Part shown: positions 1-9,694 of the stretch, one piece after another
How the letters are laid out: every line of letters starts with the position of its first letter
How positions within the stretch are numbered: position 1 is the stretch's first letter
Source of the DNA: a virus
Length of the DNA stretch: 64,000 bases
IMG/VR virus record: IMGVR_UViG_3300017963_000024
Location: 22,833 to 86,832 of that record
Reading direction: 5' to 3' (one strand)
Program-made: the position numbers and the translations under genes
The notes under the pieces: generated by a model
What the model saw: only the letters and a program-made list of their open reading frames with translations
Databases searched by the model: none
Told to the model about the DNA's origin: nothing

Positions 1-333
1 GAATTCCGACCAGACAAAGTTCATGCGGTATTCGTAGTTGAGGGTACTCCAGATATTCCTATCATCTCTTGCTATGAGCACATCAATGGAATCGCCCTTG
101 CATCTAAGAAACTCCGTTGGTGCATTGAGAACTTCAAGGCAGAGGATGGAGAGCGTCTTGAAACGGGGATCATTTCTCCACAGGGAGAACGAACTCTTCT
201 CAATGAGAGGCTGGAAGTAATCGAGAAGCTTCCGCCTCACGTCATGTTTACATTGGAAGACGGGTGGGAGTTGGAAGTTCAAAAGCTTGCTGAGTCATTC
301 AGTAAATTTCTGGCAAAAGGAGGAGCGAAATGA
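1..333 (+). CDS. 5'-truncated hypothetical protein
   Basis: Frame 1 is open from base 1 (EFRPDKVHAVF...) to TGA at 331-333, overlapping the next ATG. Confidence 0.6.
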   Translation, partial: EFRPDKVHAVFVVEGTPDIPIISCYEHINGIALASKKLRWCIENFKAEDGERLETGIISPQGERTLLNERLEVIEKLPPHVMFTLEDGWELEVQKLAESFSKFLAKGGAK

Positions 334-563
334 GCAAGAGAATAAAGGCAACGTTCAGGAAAAGCTTCCAAGTTGGGCAGGGACCGTGGCAAACAGTCGA
401 ACTTGGAATCGAAGAGGACATCAAGAGCGAGAAGAACGCAATCGAAGAGGTACGGAAGCTTCACCGGGAACTGGTCATTCTAGGGGAAGAGATCGTAGCC
501 CAAGAGATTCGGAAGAGCCGTCCCGCGCCCGGAACGAAAAATCGTCAGTCAAAACTTTTTTAG
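330..563 (+). CDS. hypothetical phage protein
   Basis: Strong RBS AAGGAGGAGCGAA-ATG, ATGA overlap with the upstream gene. Confidence 0.7.
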   Translation: MSKRIKATFRKSFQVGQGPWQTVELGIEEDIKSEKNAIEEVRKLHRELVILGEEIVAQEIRKSRPAPGTKNRQSKLF

Positions 564-571
564 TTGGACAC

Positions 572-600
572 TTCACAGGGGCTTGACGACTTGATATAGT
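572..600 (+). promoter_or_regulatory. sigma70-like promoter of the recombination operon
   Basis: TTCACA-17 bp-TATAGT; shares GACTTGATA and an upstream GTCAAA-T-tract with the promoter at 9062. Confidence 0.5.
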
Positions 601-661
601 GTCGTGTGAGTGGGCAAGCACCGTTGGGATTCCTATTCCCTAAACTGAAAGGAGGAGCAGA

Positions 662-1225
662 ATGAAGCGACAGGAGAAGAACGAAGTGGACATCACAGAG
701 AATGAGGTGTCCATGTCAATTGATTTGAGTGGTCGGGTTTTCGATGAGGACCTTACCGCTCAACTGGCCTTCAGTTCGGACCCCCAAGGTCTGAATGAAG
801 CTTTGGTTGACCACGCAAATCGGTTTGCTCATTGGGCAGCGATGGAATGTGTGGCGAAAGAAAACTTGGAAGAGGCAAAGAATGGAATGAAGCTTTTGGA
901 AGCTGATCTCTTCCGGCGGATCGAGAAAACTTTGACCGAAGAACAGGACGGGAAAAAACCGACTCTCGACCGGATTCGGTCAGAGATGGTGAAGCGAGAC
1001 GACTACCAAGAAGGATCAGATACGGTTGCACGAGCACAAGTCATGCTCGACAGAATCGTTGTCGGGCGTCAAGCGATGATGCACCGGAAAGACTGTCTCA
1101 TCGAGGTAGCCAGAAACATGAGGGCGGAAATGGACGCTGGGCTGGTGGTTCAGAGCAGACCAGAGAAAGGAGTGGAAAACGCAAAGAGGAAAGAAGAAAG
1201 AGCGAGAAGGAAGAGGATGCAGTAA
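662..1225 (+). CDS. UvsY-like recombination mediator (coiled coil)
   Basis: Helical 187-aa protein with KPTLDRIRSEM and HRKDCLIEVARNMRAEM patterns, directly upstream of SSB and RecA. Confidence 0.55.
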   Translation: MKRQEKNEVDITENEVSMSIDLSGRVFDEDLTAQLAFSSDPQGLNEALVDHANRFAHWAAMECVAKENLEEAKNGMKLLEADLFRRIEKTLTEEQDGKKPTLDRIRSEMVKRDDYQEGSDTVARAQVMLDRIVVGRQAMMHRKDCLIEVARNMRAEMDAGLVVQSRPEKGVENAKRKEERARRKRMQ

Positions 1226-1264
1226 AGAGGGGCCAAGTTCAACCAACAGAGAAGGAGGATACAA

Positions 1265-2575
1265 ATGGCATTGAGCAAAGCGTTGAAAGAGGAAATGATG
1301 AAGCAAAGCGCCGCCGTCAAGCAGTCGATGTTTGGTGGTGGTAACCGGATCGACCTTTCTGGCAAGAACGCAATCGTGCAGCCGGGAAGTTCCGTGACGC
1401 TGCGTCTGCTGCCCCGGTGGGATGGTGACGACAACAAACCGATCTATGTGGCAGCCAAGCAGCACTGGCTCGACTCCGCGACTCAGCCGGGAGTCCGAAT
1501 TCCTGTCTGGTGTCGGAAGCAGTTCGGGAAAACTTGCCCCGTCTGTGAACAGTCGAAAGCTTTGTCCAAGAGCAAGGACCCAGACGAGCGGCAGACGGCA
1601 GTCGATCTCTCACCCTCTGAGGTGTTTCTTTACAACGTGGCGGTTGGCAAGAAGGAAGATCGGACCACTGACGACATCGGCTACGTGGTTCTGCAAGGAA
1701 CGCTCTTCACTCAGATCATCGACATTATGACCGGGGGCGGTGACGATGATGCTGCTTACGACGACGTGTCTGACATCAAGAAGGGATACGATCTCAGGTT
1801 CATCCGTCCTGCCAAGAAGGGCGACCGCTGGTCAGTCAAGCCCGTGAAGAACTCCTCGCCACTGTTCGATAAGGCGGACAAGCAAGAGTGGAAGGGGTGG
1901 GAAGACGAGATGGCTAACCTTGAAGAGATCGTGCAAGGCGACGTTCGTAGCTACTCCGAAATCTACAAGCTTTTGTTCGGAGTGGAACCGGATGAGGTCC
2001 CCAATGAGGACAATGCCTCTCCGAAGAAGTCCAAGGTGCGGAAGTCGAAGAGCAAGGCAAGCGACGACGAGGAAGAGGAAGAAGAGGACTTTGGCTTCGA
2101 CGACGAGGAAGAAGAGGACGAAGGCGAAGAAGAGGAGGAGACGGACGACGAGGAGGAAGAAGAGGGGGAAGAGGAGGACGACGAGGAAGAGGAAAGCGAC
2201 GAAGACGAGGAAGAGGAGGACGACGAGGAAGAGGAAAGCGACGAAGACGAGGAGGACGATGAGGAGGACTCCGACGAAGAGGGGGAAGAGGAGGACGACG
2301 ACGAGGAGGAAGAAAACGACGAAGACGAGGAGAATGAAGGTGACGATGAGGACGAGGAAGAGGATGACGAGGAGGATGACGAGGAGGATGATGAAGATGA
2401 TGACGATGACCTCTTCGCCGCTCTCGACAAAGAGGTGAGCAGCAAGGGCAAGGGCAAGAAGGCTCCTACCAAGAAAGCACCTCCAAAGAAACAGCCCGCC
2501 AAGAAGAAGGCTCCTGCCAAGAAGAAGGCGGCTCCGAAGAAGGCTCCTGCCAAGAAGGGGAAGGGCCGAAAGTAG
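1265..2575 (+). CDS. T4 gp32-like single-stranded DNA-binding protein with very long acidic tract and PAKK basic tail
   Basis: LRLLP...QHW...CRKQFGKTCPVCE Zn motif, GYDLRFIR, D/E-rich C-terminal region; recombination-operon context. Confidence 0.8.
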   Translation: MALSKALKEEMMKQSAAVKQSMFGGGNRIDLSGKNAIVQPGSSVTLRLLPRWDGDDNKPIYVAAKQHWLDSATQPGVRIPVWCRKQFGKTCPVCEQSKALSKSKDPDERQTAVDLSPSEVFLYNVAVGKKEDRTTDDIGYVVLQGTLFTQIIDIMTGGGDDDAAYDDVSDIKKGYDLRFIRPAKKGDRWSVKPVKNSSPLFDKADKQEWKGWEDEMANLEEIVQGDVRSYSEIYKLLFGVEPDEVPNEDNASPKKSKVRKSKSKASDDEEEEEEDFGFDDEEEEDEGEEEEETDDEEEEEGEEEDDEEEESDEDEEEEDDEEEESDEDEEDDEEDSDEEGEEEDDDEEEENDEDEENEGDDEDEEEDDEEDDEEDDEDDDDDLFAALDKEVSSKGKGKKAPTKKAPPKKQPAKKKAPAKKKAAPKKAPAKKGKGRK

Positions 2576-2584
2576 AGGTTAGCA

Positions 2585-3763
2585 ATGGGACGGAAGCCTA
2601 AGAGTGGTGACGCCGCTGATTATCGAAAAACTTTGATCGAACTGGCAAGCACAGCAGTCGAGAAGAGGTTCAAGAAGAAAGGCGGTGTTGCCATCGAGAC
2701 AGCTTCCGACTCCCTCATTACTCCCTCGCTGTGGGTGTCCACGGGGAGCTTGGCCCTAGACCGGGTCTGCCGGGGTTTCAACCCCGGTGGAATCCCGGTC
2801 GGCCCCAAGCGAGGTCGGCTTGTCCATATTGCGGGCAAGTGGAGCACACTCAAAAGTTTGATCCTCGACCATCTGTTCAAGTCGGTTCAAGAGTTGGAGG
2901 GGATTGCGGTGTGTACTGAGTCGGAGGGGAGTCGGGACCCGTACTTTCCAGACCGCATTGGACTTGATCTGTCGGAAGTGAAGATCATGTATCCAGATAC
3001 GATTGAGTCTGCTTTCGATGCGGGACTCAGCTTTGCCAGTACAATCCGTGCTGTCGATAAGGAGATACCTATTATTTGGGGTGTTGATTCAATCGAGGCA
3101 ATGGAAGCGAAGAAGACGGCAGACTCAGGGTTGTCTGAGAGTGGTTCCTTCCACTATGGAGGAGGAAGGACACAAGCTTTAGGTGCGGCCTTCAGAAAGG
3201 TCGTAGGCGAAACGAACAAGCACCCAACAACTGTAGTTCTCATCAACCAGACACGGACAAACCCAATGATCCTGTTCGGTGACAAGAGCACAACGGGGGG
3301 AGGCAATGCACCTCACTTTTACGCTTCTCTCGAAATCTTTCTCAATCCCTCACAGAAGGGTAAAGTGTTCTCCCCGTATCGCGGATCGAGGCTCCCGAAG
3401 GAACTCCGAAAGAAGCTAGGCTTGAAGGTTACGGAGAAGGGGCACGTCGCTGGCTTTTGGGTTCATGCCCGTGTAAACAAGTCCAAGGTTGGAGGAACGC
3501 TTGGGCGGGAATGTGACATCTACCTCGACTTCCAAACCGGGATCAATCCTGTAGCAGGACTTCTTGAAGTTCTGCTCGAAGAAGGCGTTGTGGACTTCGA
3601 TGGTAAGAAGGTTGTCCACCATCTTCCAACTGCAAAGAAGCGAACATTCTCTTCACAAGCTTTGTGGGAGGAGTGGATTCTGGACAATCTCGAAGTTCTC
3701 GGGCCGGAAAGTGTGAGGCGCAATGGCAAGAGGACTAAGAAGAAGAGACGTAAAGAAGATTGA
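2585..3763 (+). CDS. recA: RecA/UvsX-like recombinase
   Basis: STGSLALD, GGIP..GR, variant P-loop GKWSTLKS, VDSI Walker B, INQTR, TTGGGNAPHFYAS. Confidence 0.9.
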   Translation: MGRKPKSGDAADYRKTLIELASTAVEKRFKKKGGVAIETASDSLITPSLWVSTGSLALDRVCRGFNPGGIPVGPKRGRLVHIAGKWSTLKSLILDHLFKSVQELEGIAVCTESEGSRDPYFPDRIGLDLSEVKIMYPDTIESAFDAGLSFASTIRAVDKEIPIIWGVDSIEAMEAKKTADSGLSESGSFHYGGGRTQALGAAFRKVVGETNKHPTTVVLINQTRTNPMILFGDKSTTGGGNAPHFYASLEIFLNPSQKGKVFSPYRGSRLPKELRKKLGLKVTEKGHVAGFWVHARVNKSKVGGTLGRECDIYLDFQTGINPVAGLLEVLLEEGVVDFDGKKVVHHLPTAKKRTFSSQALWEEWILDNLEVLGPESVRRNGKRTKKKRRKED

Positions 3764-4268
3764 GAAAGCCTTTCACAAGGCCACCGAGCGCATTACTGAG
3801 GAAGTTTCAAAGGGGCAGGACAACTTGTTCGAGGAAGTTGTGTTTCCTTCTCCACAGTCAATGAATTCGCTGGTTAAGCTTCTAACTCTCACCAATGAAG
3901 CTGTCGCAGGTGCTATTTCAGATCACATCAGCGAGCCTCAGAATGAGGGTACTCTTAAAATCTTGGGGATGATAGACGCTGCTTGCGTGGAAATGGCTTC
4001 TGTAGTTGAAGCTGAAAAGACTTCTATTTGTCTATCCACGCCTCTTTGGGCGCACGTTATCCTATCCCTCGAAAGCTTTTCAGACGGATTGAAAAATAAG
4101 CTTGCTGATCCTGAATGTGGAAAGGAAGCGCGTATTACCTTTACATTGATGAAGGAAATGTCCTCAATCATTAGAGGACAAGCTTTGAACGCAGCAAAGG
4201 AGGCTGACAAGCTGAGTAACACTTATAATAACCATGTCGCTTCGATGAAACCAATGGGTTCGGCATGA
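3723..4268 (+). CDS. hypothetical protein
   Basis: 181-aa ORF filling the gap between recA and the Mre11-like gene; ATGA overlap with the next gene. Confidence 0.65.
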   Translation: MARGLRRRDVKKIEKAFHKATERITEEVSKGQDNLFEEVVFPSPQSMNSLVKLLTLTNEAVAGAISDHISEPQNEGTLKILGMIDAACVEMASVVEAEKTSICLSTPLWAHVILSLESFSDGLKNKLADPECGKEARITFTLMKEMSSIIRGQALNAAKEADKLSNTYNNHVASMKPMGSA

Positions 4269-5374
4269 ACTGCTGCTCATTCATACACACGGCAGATTGG
4301 CATCTACATCGCTTTCGGAGTTGTTCCAAGAACAACGGACTAGACCGGCTGAATGATGGTCTGTCCGTAGTCGAACAAATTTTTGATTACGCTTCTGAGT
4401 ACGAATGCCCCATCGTGGTTGCTGGTGATCTGAAACAGCAAAAAGGAACATGGGACCAGCTAGCTCTGAGCGGCCTCATCGACATCTGTGAACGGCACTC
4501 TCACGTTCAGGTCCTCGCTCTTTCAGGCAACGGTAATCACGACGGCACAGGGAAAGAGACAACGGGGGAGTCAGCATTGGCTCCCCTTCGCTTGCACATG
4601 AGATGCCATTCAGAACCCTTCGTCGGTCGCCTCGACATCTTCGATGAGATGCCCATCGCTCTTTGGCCTTGGCAACCAACACTGGAAGCCTTACCTCAGT
4701 TTCTTAGAGATGCTGAGTTCCACGGAGCGAGGATTCTCTTTGGTCATGGTATGTTCGAGGGGTCAGCCGTGGGTCCAATTGAATACCGACCATCGGGGGC
4801 ACCGCTCAAGCTTTCTGACTTTGGACTTTCAGGACCACCGAAGAACAGGAAGTTCGATGCCGCTTTCTTTGGGGACGTTCACAAGAAACAAAAACTTGGT
4901 GGCGTCTACTACTGTGGTAGTCCTTATGCTCAGAATTGGGGCGAGCGGGAAATCGACAAGGGTGTGTACTTTGTAGAGATCGACTGGAATGCTGAGAAGG
5001 GACGCATTGACAGCATCAAGGCTACTGAACTGCGGATCAAAGCACCACGGTATCGAGTGATCGACCTATCGAAGCGGCTTCCCAGCAAGGTGCCGTGGGG
5101 AAAGTTCAAGGATGACTTCGTTCGTGTGCTTGTTCCAGTGGGAATGAGTCTCAACACGGAACAGGTGCAGGAAGAAACCAAAGCCCGCTGGTTAGAGTTC
5201 AGACCAATTCGGAAGGTACAGAAGATCGAGAGAAAGGAGGAGATCAACGCTGCGATGTCTCCAGTGGACATCATCGAGGGCTACGTCCGGGCAGTGCCGC
5301 CGGGTGAGGAGTTTTCGGCACGAGACGTAGCAAAGCTTGGACTTAAACTCTGGAAGGAAGGAGGAGCGAAATGA
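4265..5374 (+). CDS. Mre11/SbcD (gp47-like) metallophosphoesterase nuclease
   Basis: Motifs ADWH, AGD, GNHD, GHG, GDVH, YCGSP. Confidence 0.9.
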   Translation: MNCCSFIHTADWHLHRFRSCSKNNGLDRLNDGLSVVEQIFDYASEYECPIVVAGDLKQQKGTWDQLALSGLIDICERHSHVQVLALSGNGNHDGTGKETTGESALAPLRLHMRCHSEPFVGRLDIFDEMPIALWPWQPTLEALPQFLRDAEFHGARILFGHGMFEGSAVGPIEYRPSGAPLKLSDFGLSGPPKNRKFDAAFFGDVHKKQKLGGVYYCGSPYAQNWGEREIDKGVYFVEIDWNAEKGRIDSIKATELRIKAPRYRVIDLSKRLPSKVPWGKFKDDFVRVLVPVGMSLNTEQVQEETKARWLEFRPIRKVQKIERKEEINAAMSPVDIIEGYVRAVPPGEEFSARDVAKLGLKLWKEGGAK

Positions 5375-5778
5375 GTAGAGGAAGATTTGAATTTTTCATC
5401 TGCTTAGGACAAAACGATTACCACTTCATGTTCTTTGCAGCACGGGTGATGCTGAACGATTCGGAGACAGGCGAGAATGTTCGCTGGTGTCGTTACATGG
5501 GCTGCCAAGTATCTGTAGACAATCATCCCATTGAACCGATACTGGCGCGGGTTTATCTGAGTGACAAAGACAAATGGGATACCCTCACCGGGCGAAGACG
5601 CGCTTTGGAACGTGCTCTCCAAATGTCGATGGTCGATAGGGAGGAGCGCATCAAAGTTTGGAATCGCTTCAACGAGCAACCAGAGATCAAGAAGCTGGTG
5701 GCTAGGGCTGCTGCAAAGTCGAAGAGTGAACGGGAGTGGGCTGCTTACTATGCTAAGTATCCCAAGCGATGCCGATGA
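5371..5778 (+). CDS. hypothetical phage protein
   Basis: RBS AAGGAGGAGCGAA-ATG; translational coupling. Confidence 0.65.
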   Translation: MSRGRFEFFICLGQNDYHFMFFAARVMLNDSETGENVRWCRYMGCQVSVDNHPIEPILARVYLSDKDKWDTLTGRRRALERALQMSMVDREERIKVWNRFNEQPEIKKLVARAAAKSKSEREWAAYYAKYPKRCR

Positions 5779-6284
5779 CCGTCGAGGAGTGTCAGGACTT
5801 TCTCCCGCTTTGGCACGGCAAAGGACTAAAGCTTGCACCAAAGGTTGAAGCGGTTACTGATTGGCTTCTCAGTCAGTATCAACCAAGAAATCGGGAATCT
5901 CTTCCTCCTGATATCGCTAAGGTGATGAAGGATTTTGGTGGACCGATCAAGGAATGCTTCCACACGACGCAGACGCTCGTGGCGAGCTTGGACAGAGCAC
6001 AGTACGTCGAAGGCTTTGTATTCAACTGTGCGATCATTCCCATCGAACACGCTTGGATCGAAGTAGACGGGTACGTTGTCGAACTGACTTTACGGTCAGA
6101 CCCGGAAAGAAAGGGTGAAGCGGTTATCACTCCTGACCCGGAGTGGATCTACATAGGAATTCCTATGGGTACTTCGTTTGTTTTGCATACGATGTTGGAG
6201 CGGAAGTTCACTGGCCCACTGAAGTATGTACTAGCAGCGAAGGCTCTTGGGTATCCAGAGGGAGAGTATCATGCTTGCTTTTGA
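5775..6284 (+). CDS. hypothetical protein, possible transglutaminase/papain-like fold
   Basis: ECF...YVEG...PIEHAWIE pattern (Cys...His-Trp). Confidence 0.5.
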   Translation: MTVEECQDFLPLWHGKGLKLAPKVEAVTDWLLSQYQPRNRESLPPDIAKVMKDFGGPIKECFHTTQTLVASLDRAQYVEGFVFNCAIIPIEHAWIEVDGYVVELTLRSDPERKGEAVITPDPEWIYIGIPMGTSFVLHTMLERKFTGPLKYVLAAKALGYPEGEYHACF

Positions 6285-8154
6285 GTTTCTGGAATTGGAA
6301 AACTTCATGTGCTTCCAATCCCCCGTGAAGATACCGCTACGGGATCAGGGTTTGGTTGTCATCAAAGGTGACAACCAAGTCAGCAACGTTTCCGATGCGA
6401 ACGGAGTTGGAAAGACGGTGGTGGCCGCTGATGGTTTGGCATGGGTTCTATACGGACAAACCCTTCGGGGCCTCAAGGCAGATGCCGTCATCAATCGCTT
6501 CTCTGGAAAGAAGACGTGCAAAGGCAAGCTAACGTTCGAGAGTGATGGTGAGTTGTGGAGGATCGTCCGTGAGCGCCCGCATCGAATCTATGTCGTCAAT
6601 GGAAGCAATGAGGAATGGACGGGACCGGAAGCTGAAGAGGTCATCCAGCGAAAGATTGGCATTGGCTTCAAAACTTTCTGCAATGCCGTTGTGTTCGGTC
6701 AGGGTGCATTCGAGCGATTTGCCAAGGCCGATCAAGCAACGAAGCTTCGGATGTTCGATGAGATTCAAGGGGTGGACTTCAGAAAGATGAGGGAAGCCGC
6801 TGTTGCTCTCCGTTCCAAGATCGAGGCAGAGCAATCTATCGTTGAATCAAAGCTCCAATCGCTGCGAAGCACTGGAGTAGACCTTGCCGACGAGAAGGAA
6901 CAACTCGAAAGGGAACGAGACGACTTCAAAGCGGCGCAGAAAAAACGGCTGGCAGCGCGTCGTAAGGCGGAGGAAGAAGCGTTGGACGAATACCTCCGGG
7001 CCAAGGAAGCTTTCGAGGAGTTCAAGGCAGAACAGGCTAAATTACCGGAATTACAGCGGAAAAAGGCAAAGCTTGAGAAGGCTGCTGAGATTCTGGACGA
7101 GATGAGAGACGAACTAAACTCCGCAGAGTCCGAGAAGCGGGTTATCGACACGATCATTGCCAACGAGTTGAAAAGCTTGGAAAAGCTTGTGGCAGAAGGA
7201 GTTTGTCCTACCTGCCGCCGGGAGGTGCTCGATAGGGGTGATGTGAATGTCGTGACGGAGGCTTTCGAGCGTGAGGTCGCACCCTCCATTGAAGCTCAGA
7301 AGGAAGCTGAGAAGACTATCACTAGGTGTGTAAAAGCTTTGAACAAGGCTCAAGCGAGGTACGACAAGGCTGTTGCCGACAGTGGGGGTGTGACTTCAAT
7401 CGAGATCGCCCGCTTAGAGGCAAAGTACGATGACGATGCCGAGGACATCCGACGAAAACGTCTGAAGACCCTCAAGGCCGCTGCGGAGAAAGCACGCGAC
7501 GAGTACCAAAATACTGTAACAACTGATACTTGGGGCGGTGAGCAAGCTTTAGCTAGGATAGTAGAGAAGCAACTGAAGGTTGGCAAGGAACTCAAGAAGC
7601 GAGTGAAGGAAAACGATAAGCTTCAACTCAAGTACGACATGGCGGACTATTGGGTGGTTGCGTTTGGTGATCGTGGGATTCGCTCCCGATTCCTCATGTC
7701 TCAGGCCGACTTTCTCAATGCTCGACTGTTGCAGCATCTCGAAACGTTAGCGGGTAGCGAAGCCGAAGTGCTCCTCTCACCAGAGAGGACAACAGGAAAG
7801 GGGGCAACCAAGCAGCAATTCAACATTCAGACGAAGTGGAATTGGGGCGGAGAAACCTACGAATCAGAAAGTGGAGGTCAAGAACGTCGGGTAGACCTTG
7901 CAATCTTTCTGGCTCTTCAAGACTTGGCAGAGAAAACCTCCGCGTCCCCGTTTCCTCTCCGAATGTGGGACCAGCCAGAAGAGGGCTTGGATGCGACGGG
8001 GTTGGAGATGTTCGGTAGGTGGATGAAGGTCGAAGCTCGTCGCAGAGGAACAGGTTTTCTAATCACACACAATCCAATTTTGGCGGAGGCAGTACAGGCG
8101 GATCAGGAATGGACAGTGCAGCTAACAGAAGATGGAAGTCGCTTAGTGCTCTAA
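6271..8154 (+). CDS. Rad50/SbcC (gp46-like) ABC ATPase
   Basis: LENFMCF, NGVGKT Walker A, VVFGQG Q-loop, coiled coils with CPTC zinc hook, SGGQ signature, LITH H-loop. Confidence 0.92.
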   Translation: MLAFEFLELENFMCFQSPVKIPLRDQGLVVIKGDNQVSNVSDANGVGKTVVAADGLAWVLYGQTLRGLKADAVINRFSGKKTCKGKLTFESDGELWRIVRERPHRIYVVNGSNEEWTGPEAEEVIQRKIGIGFKTFCNAVVFGQGAFERFAKADQATKLRMFDEIQGVDFRKMREAAVALRSKIEAEQSIVESKLQSLRSTGVDLADEKEQLERERDDFKAAQKKRLAARRKAEEEALDEYLRAKEAFEEFKAEQAKLPELQRKKAKLEKAAEILDEMRDELNSAESEKRVIDTIIANELKSLEKLVAEGVCPTCRREVLDRGDVNVVTEAFEREVAPSIEAQKEAEKTITRCVKALNKAQARYDKAVADSGGVTSIEIARLEAKYDDDAEDIRRKRLKTLKAAAEKARDEYQNTVTTDTWGGEQALARIVEKQLKVGKELKKRVKENDKLQLKYDMADYWVVAFGDRGIRSRFLMSQADFLNARLLQHLETLAGSEAEVLLSPERTTGKGATKQQFNIQTKWNWGGETYESESGGQERRVDLAIFLALQDLAEKTSASPFPLRMWDQPEEGLDATGLEMFGRWMKVEARRRGTGFLITHNPILAEAVQADQEWTVQLTEDGSRLVL

Positions 8155-8621
8155 CAACAGACAGTACCATCGTCCAGCGAATGTCGAAAAAGATCAAGAA
8201 GGGACCCGGATGCTGGGAGTGGACTGGCTCAAAAACTTTGTGTGGCTACGGGCAAATTCGCTTTGAGGGAAGATTGGAATTGGCCCATCGTGTCATGTGG
8301 ATATTGGTAAAGCTAAAGCGTATTCCAAAAAAGCTTTGTGTGATGCATTCTTGTGACAATCCCGGTTGTGTTCGTCCTACACACCTAAAGCTTGGAACAC
8401 ACGCTGAGAACTCGCTAGATATGAAAGAGAAAGGAAGAAGTGCTGTAATTAGAGGAGGTGACAGCCCGCGAGCAAAGCTTTCTTGGGATGATGCGTATGA
8501 GATTAGGCGACTGTGCTATAATGGATTGGCAAATCAGAAGCAGCTTGCAGAGCGATACGGTGTTACACAGCCAACTATTTCTTACATTGTAAACAAGAAG
8601 CATTACGTGAGACAGACATAG
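8019..8621 (+). CDS. HNH homing endonuclease with C-terminal HTH (real start probably ATG 8181)
   Basis: CWEWTG...GYG...AHR...HSCDNPGCVRPTHL..GTHAEN; C-terminal LAERYGVTQPTIS HTH. Confidence 0.9.
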   Translation: MDEGRSSSQRNRFSNHTQSNFGGGSTGGSGMDSAANRRWKSLSALTTDSTIVQRMSKKIKKGPGCWEWTGSKTLCGYGQIRFEGRLELAHRVMWILVKLKRIPKKLCVMHSCDNPGCVRPTHLKLGTHAENSLDMKEKGRSAVIRGGDSPRAKLSWDDAYEIRRLCYNGLANQKQLAERYGVTQPTISYIVNKKHYVRQT

Positions 8622-8645
8622 AGTGGCTAAAGAAAGGAATGTACG

Positions 8646-9035
8646 ATGACAATGTTTGCTTTCGTAAGAGGAAGTCACAGGGCACATGAGATTGCGGAGG
8701 ACAAAGTTCACACCCGATGTGGACTCATCTTTGATGAGGTGCAGGATATTACCCCTTGTGCGGCGACCAAGTTTTGTAAGGAGTGCCCACGAGAGGATGC
8801 CGCTTTTCCACCCGAAGCTGATATTCCAGAAGAGGTCGAGGTGAAGGAGTCCTCCCGTCAAAACGAGATCGAACAGAAGCTCGCTGCTCTAGATTCTCTC
8901 TTCCCTAACAATCCGTACTTCTGGAACGCGGCTCTGATGCTGGCCTTTGCAGAACCTCACCGATACGATTTTCGTTGTGATACAGCCATTGCCTTCATCA
9001 ACGAGGCCCGGAGGATGCGAAAACTCAAAGGGTGA
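8646..9035 (+). CDS. hypothetical protein (His/Cys Zn-binding N-terminus)
   Basis: RBS AAAGGA; H..TRCG..CKEC pattern. Confidence 0.55.
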   Translation: MTMFAFVRGSHRAHEIAEDKVHTRCGLIFDEVQDITPCAATKFCKECPREDAAFPPEADIPEEVEVKESSRQNEIEQKLAALDSLFPNNPYFWNAALMLAFAEPHRYDFRCDTAIAFINEARRMRKLKG

Positions 9036-9061
9036 GAGGTCAAAGTTTTTTCTTTCAGCCC

Positions 9062-9090
9062 TAGACAGCCAAAGCTTGACTTGATAGAGT
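9062..9090 (+). promoter_or_regulatory. sigma70-like promoter with AAGCTT in spacer
   Basis: TAGACA-17 bp-TAGAGT. Confidence 0.5.
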
Positions 9091-9694
9091 GAGCACAATG
9101 GAACACAGGTCACGGAGAGCCAAGGGAAGGCGGCTGCAAGTGAAGGTTGCCGAAGCTCTAGCTCGTGAATACAGCTTGACGATTGAGGCTGCTCCGCCCA
9201 GCAAACCGGGGATCAGGAAGGGAGTCCGATACGTTCCAGAGGGTTCCAATCCTGATCTCCGGGTCCGCGTCGGGGGTCAGCCGGGTGAGGATGTTGCTTT
9301 GGTATCGAAGAAGGCTCAAGAGGCGTGTGCAATTGGTGGAGACAAGCTCTACATCGAGTGCAAAAATGCGGAGGCTTGGGACTTCGGAGCAAACTTTTGG
9401 AACAAAGGAGGAAGACTAGAGTTCATCATCAGAGCGTTGGAGCAATCAGAGAGAGGCTTGGAGAAAAGGAGGGGGTCTTGGATTCCTGTCGCTTTCTTCT
9501 CGAAGAACCACTGGCCGATCCTTGTGGCTTTCACAGCACGGGGAGGCGAGATCATTCGGATGAGGGAAGAGACTCCGATCTTGGTTGCATCGGGATTCAT
9601 CGTTGTAACCCTCCCCGCCTTTCTCAAAACTCTGGATGGGAGGAGTCTCAATGAAGACCAAAAAGAAAAAGGCATCCAGTGCCTCACCGACTAA
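9089..9694 (+). CDS. PD-(D/E)XK Holliday junction resolvase-like nuclease
   Basis: AKGRRLQ..VA..L, GEDV, YIECKN motifs. Confidence 0.75.
   Translation: MSTMEHRSRRAKGRRLQVKVAEALAREYSLTIEAAPPSKPGIRKGVRYVPEGSNPDLRVRVGGQPGEDVALVSKKAQEACAIGGDKLYIECKNAEAWDFGANFWNKGGRLEFIIRALEQSERGLEKRRGSWIPVAFFSKNHWPILVAFTARGGEIIRMREETPILVASGFIVVTLPAFLKTLDGRSLNEDQKEKGIQCLTD

Noticed and set aside
1963-2553. Minus-strand poly-Ser ORF and +-strand Arg/Thr-rich alternate-frame ORF (1920-2438)
   Set aside because: Shadows of the GAR/GAY acidic tract of the SSB gene
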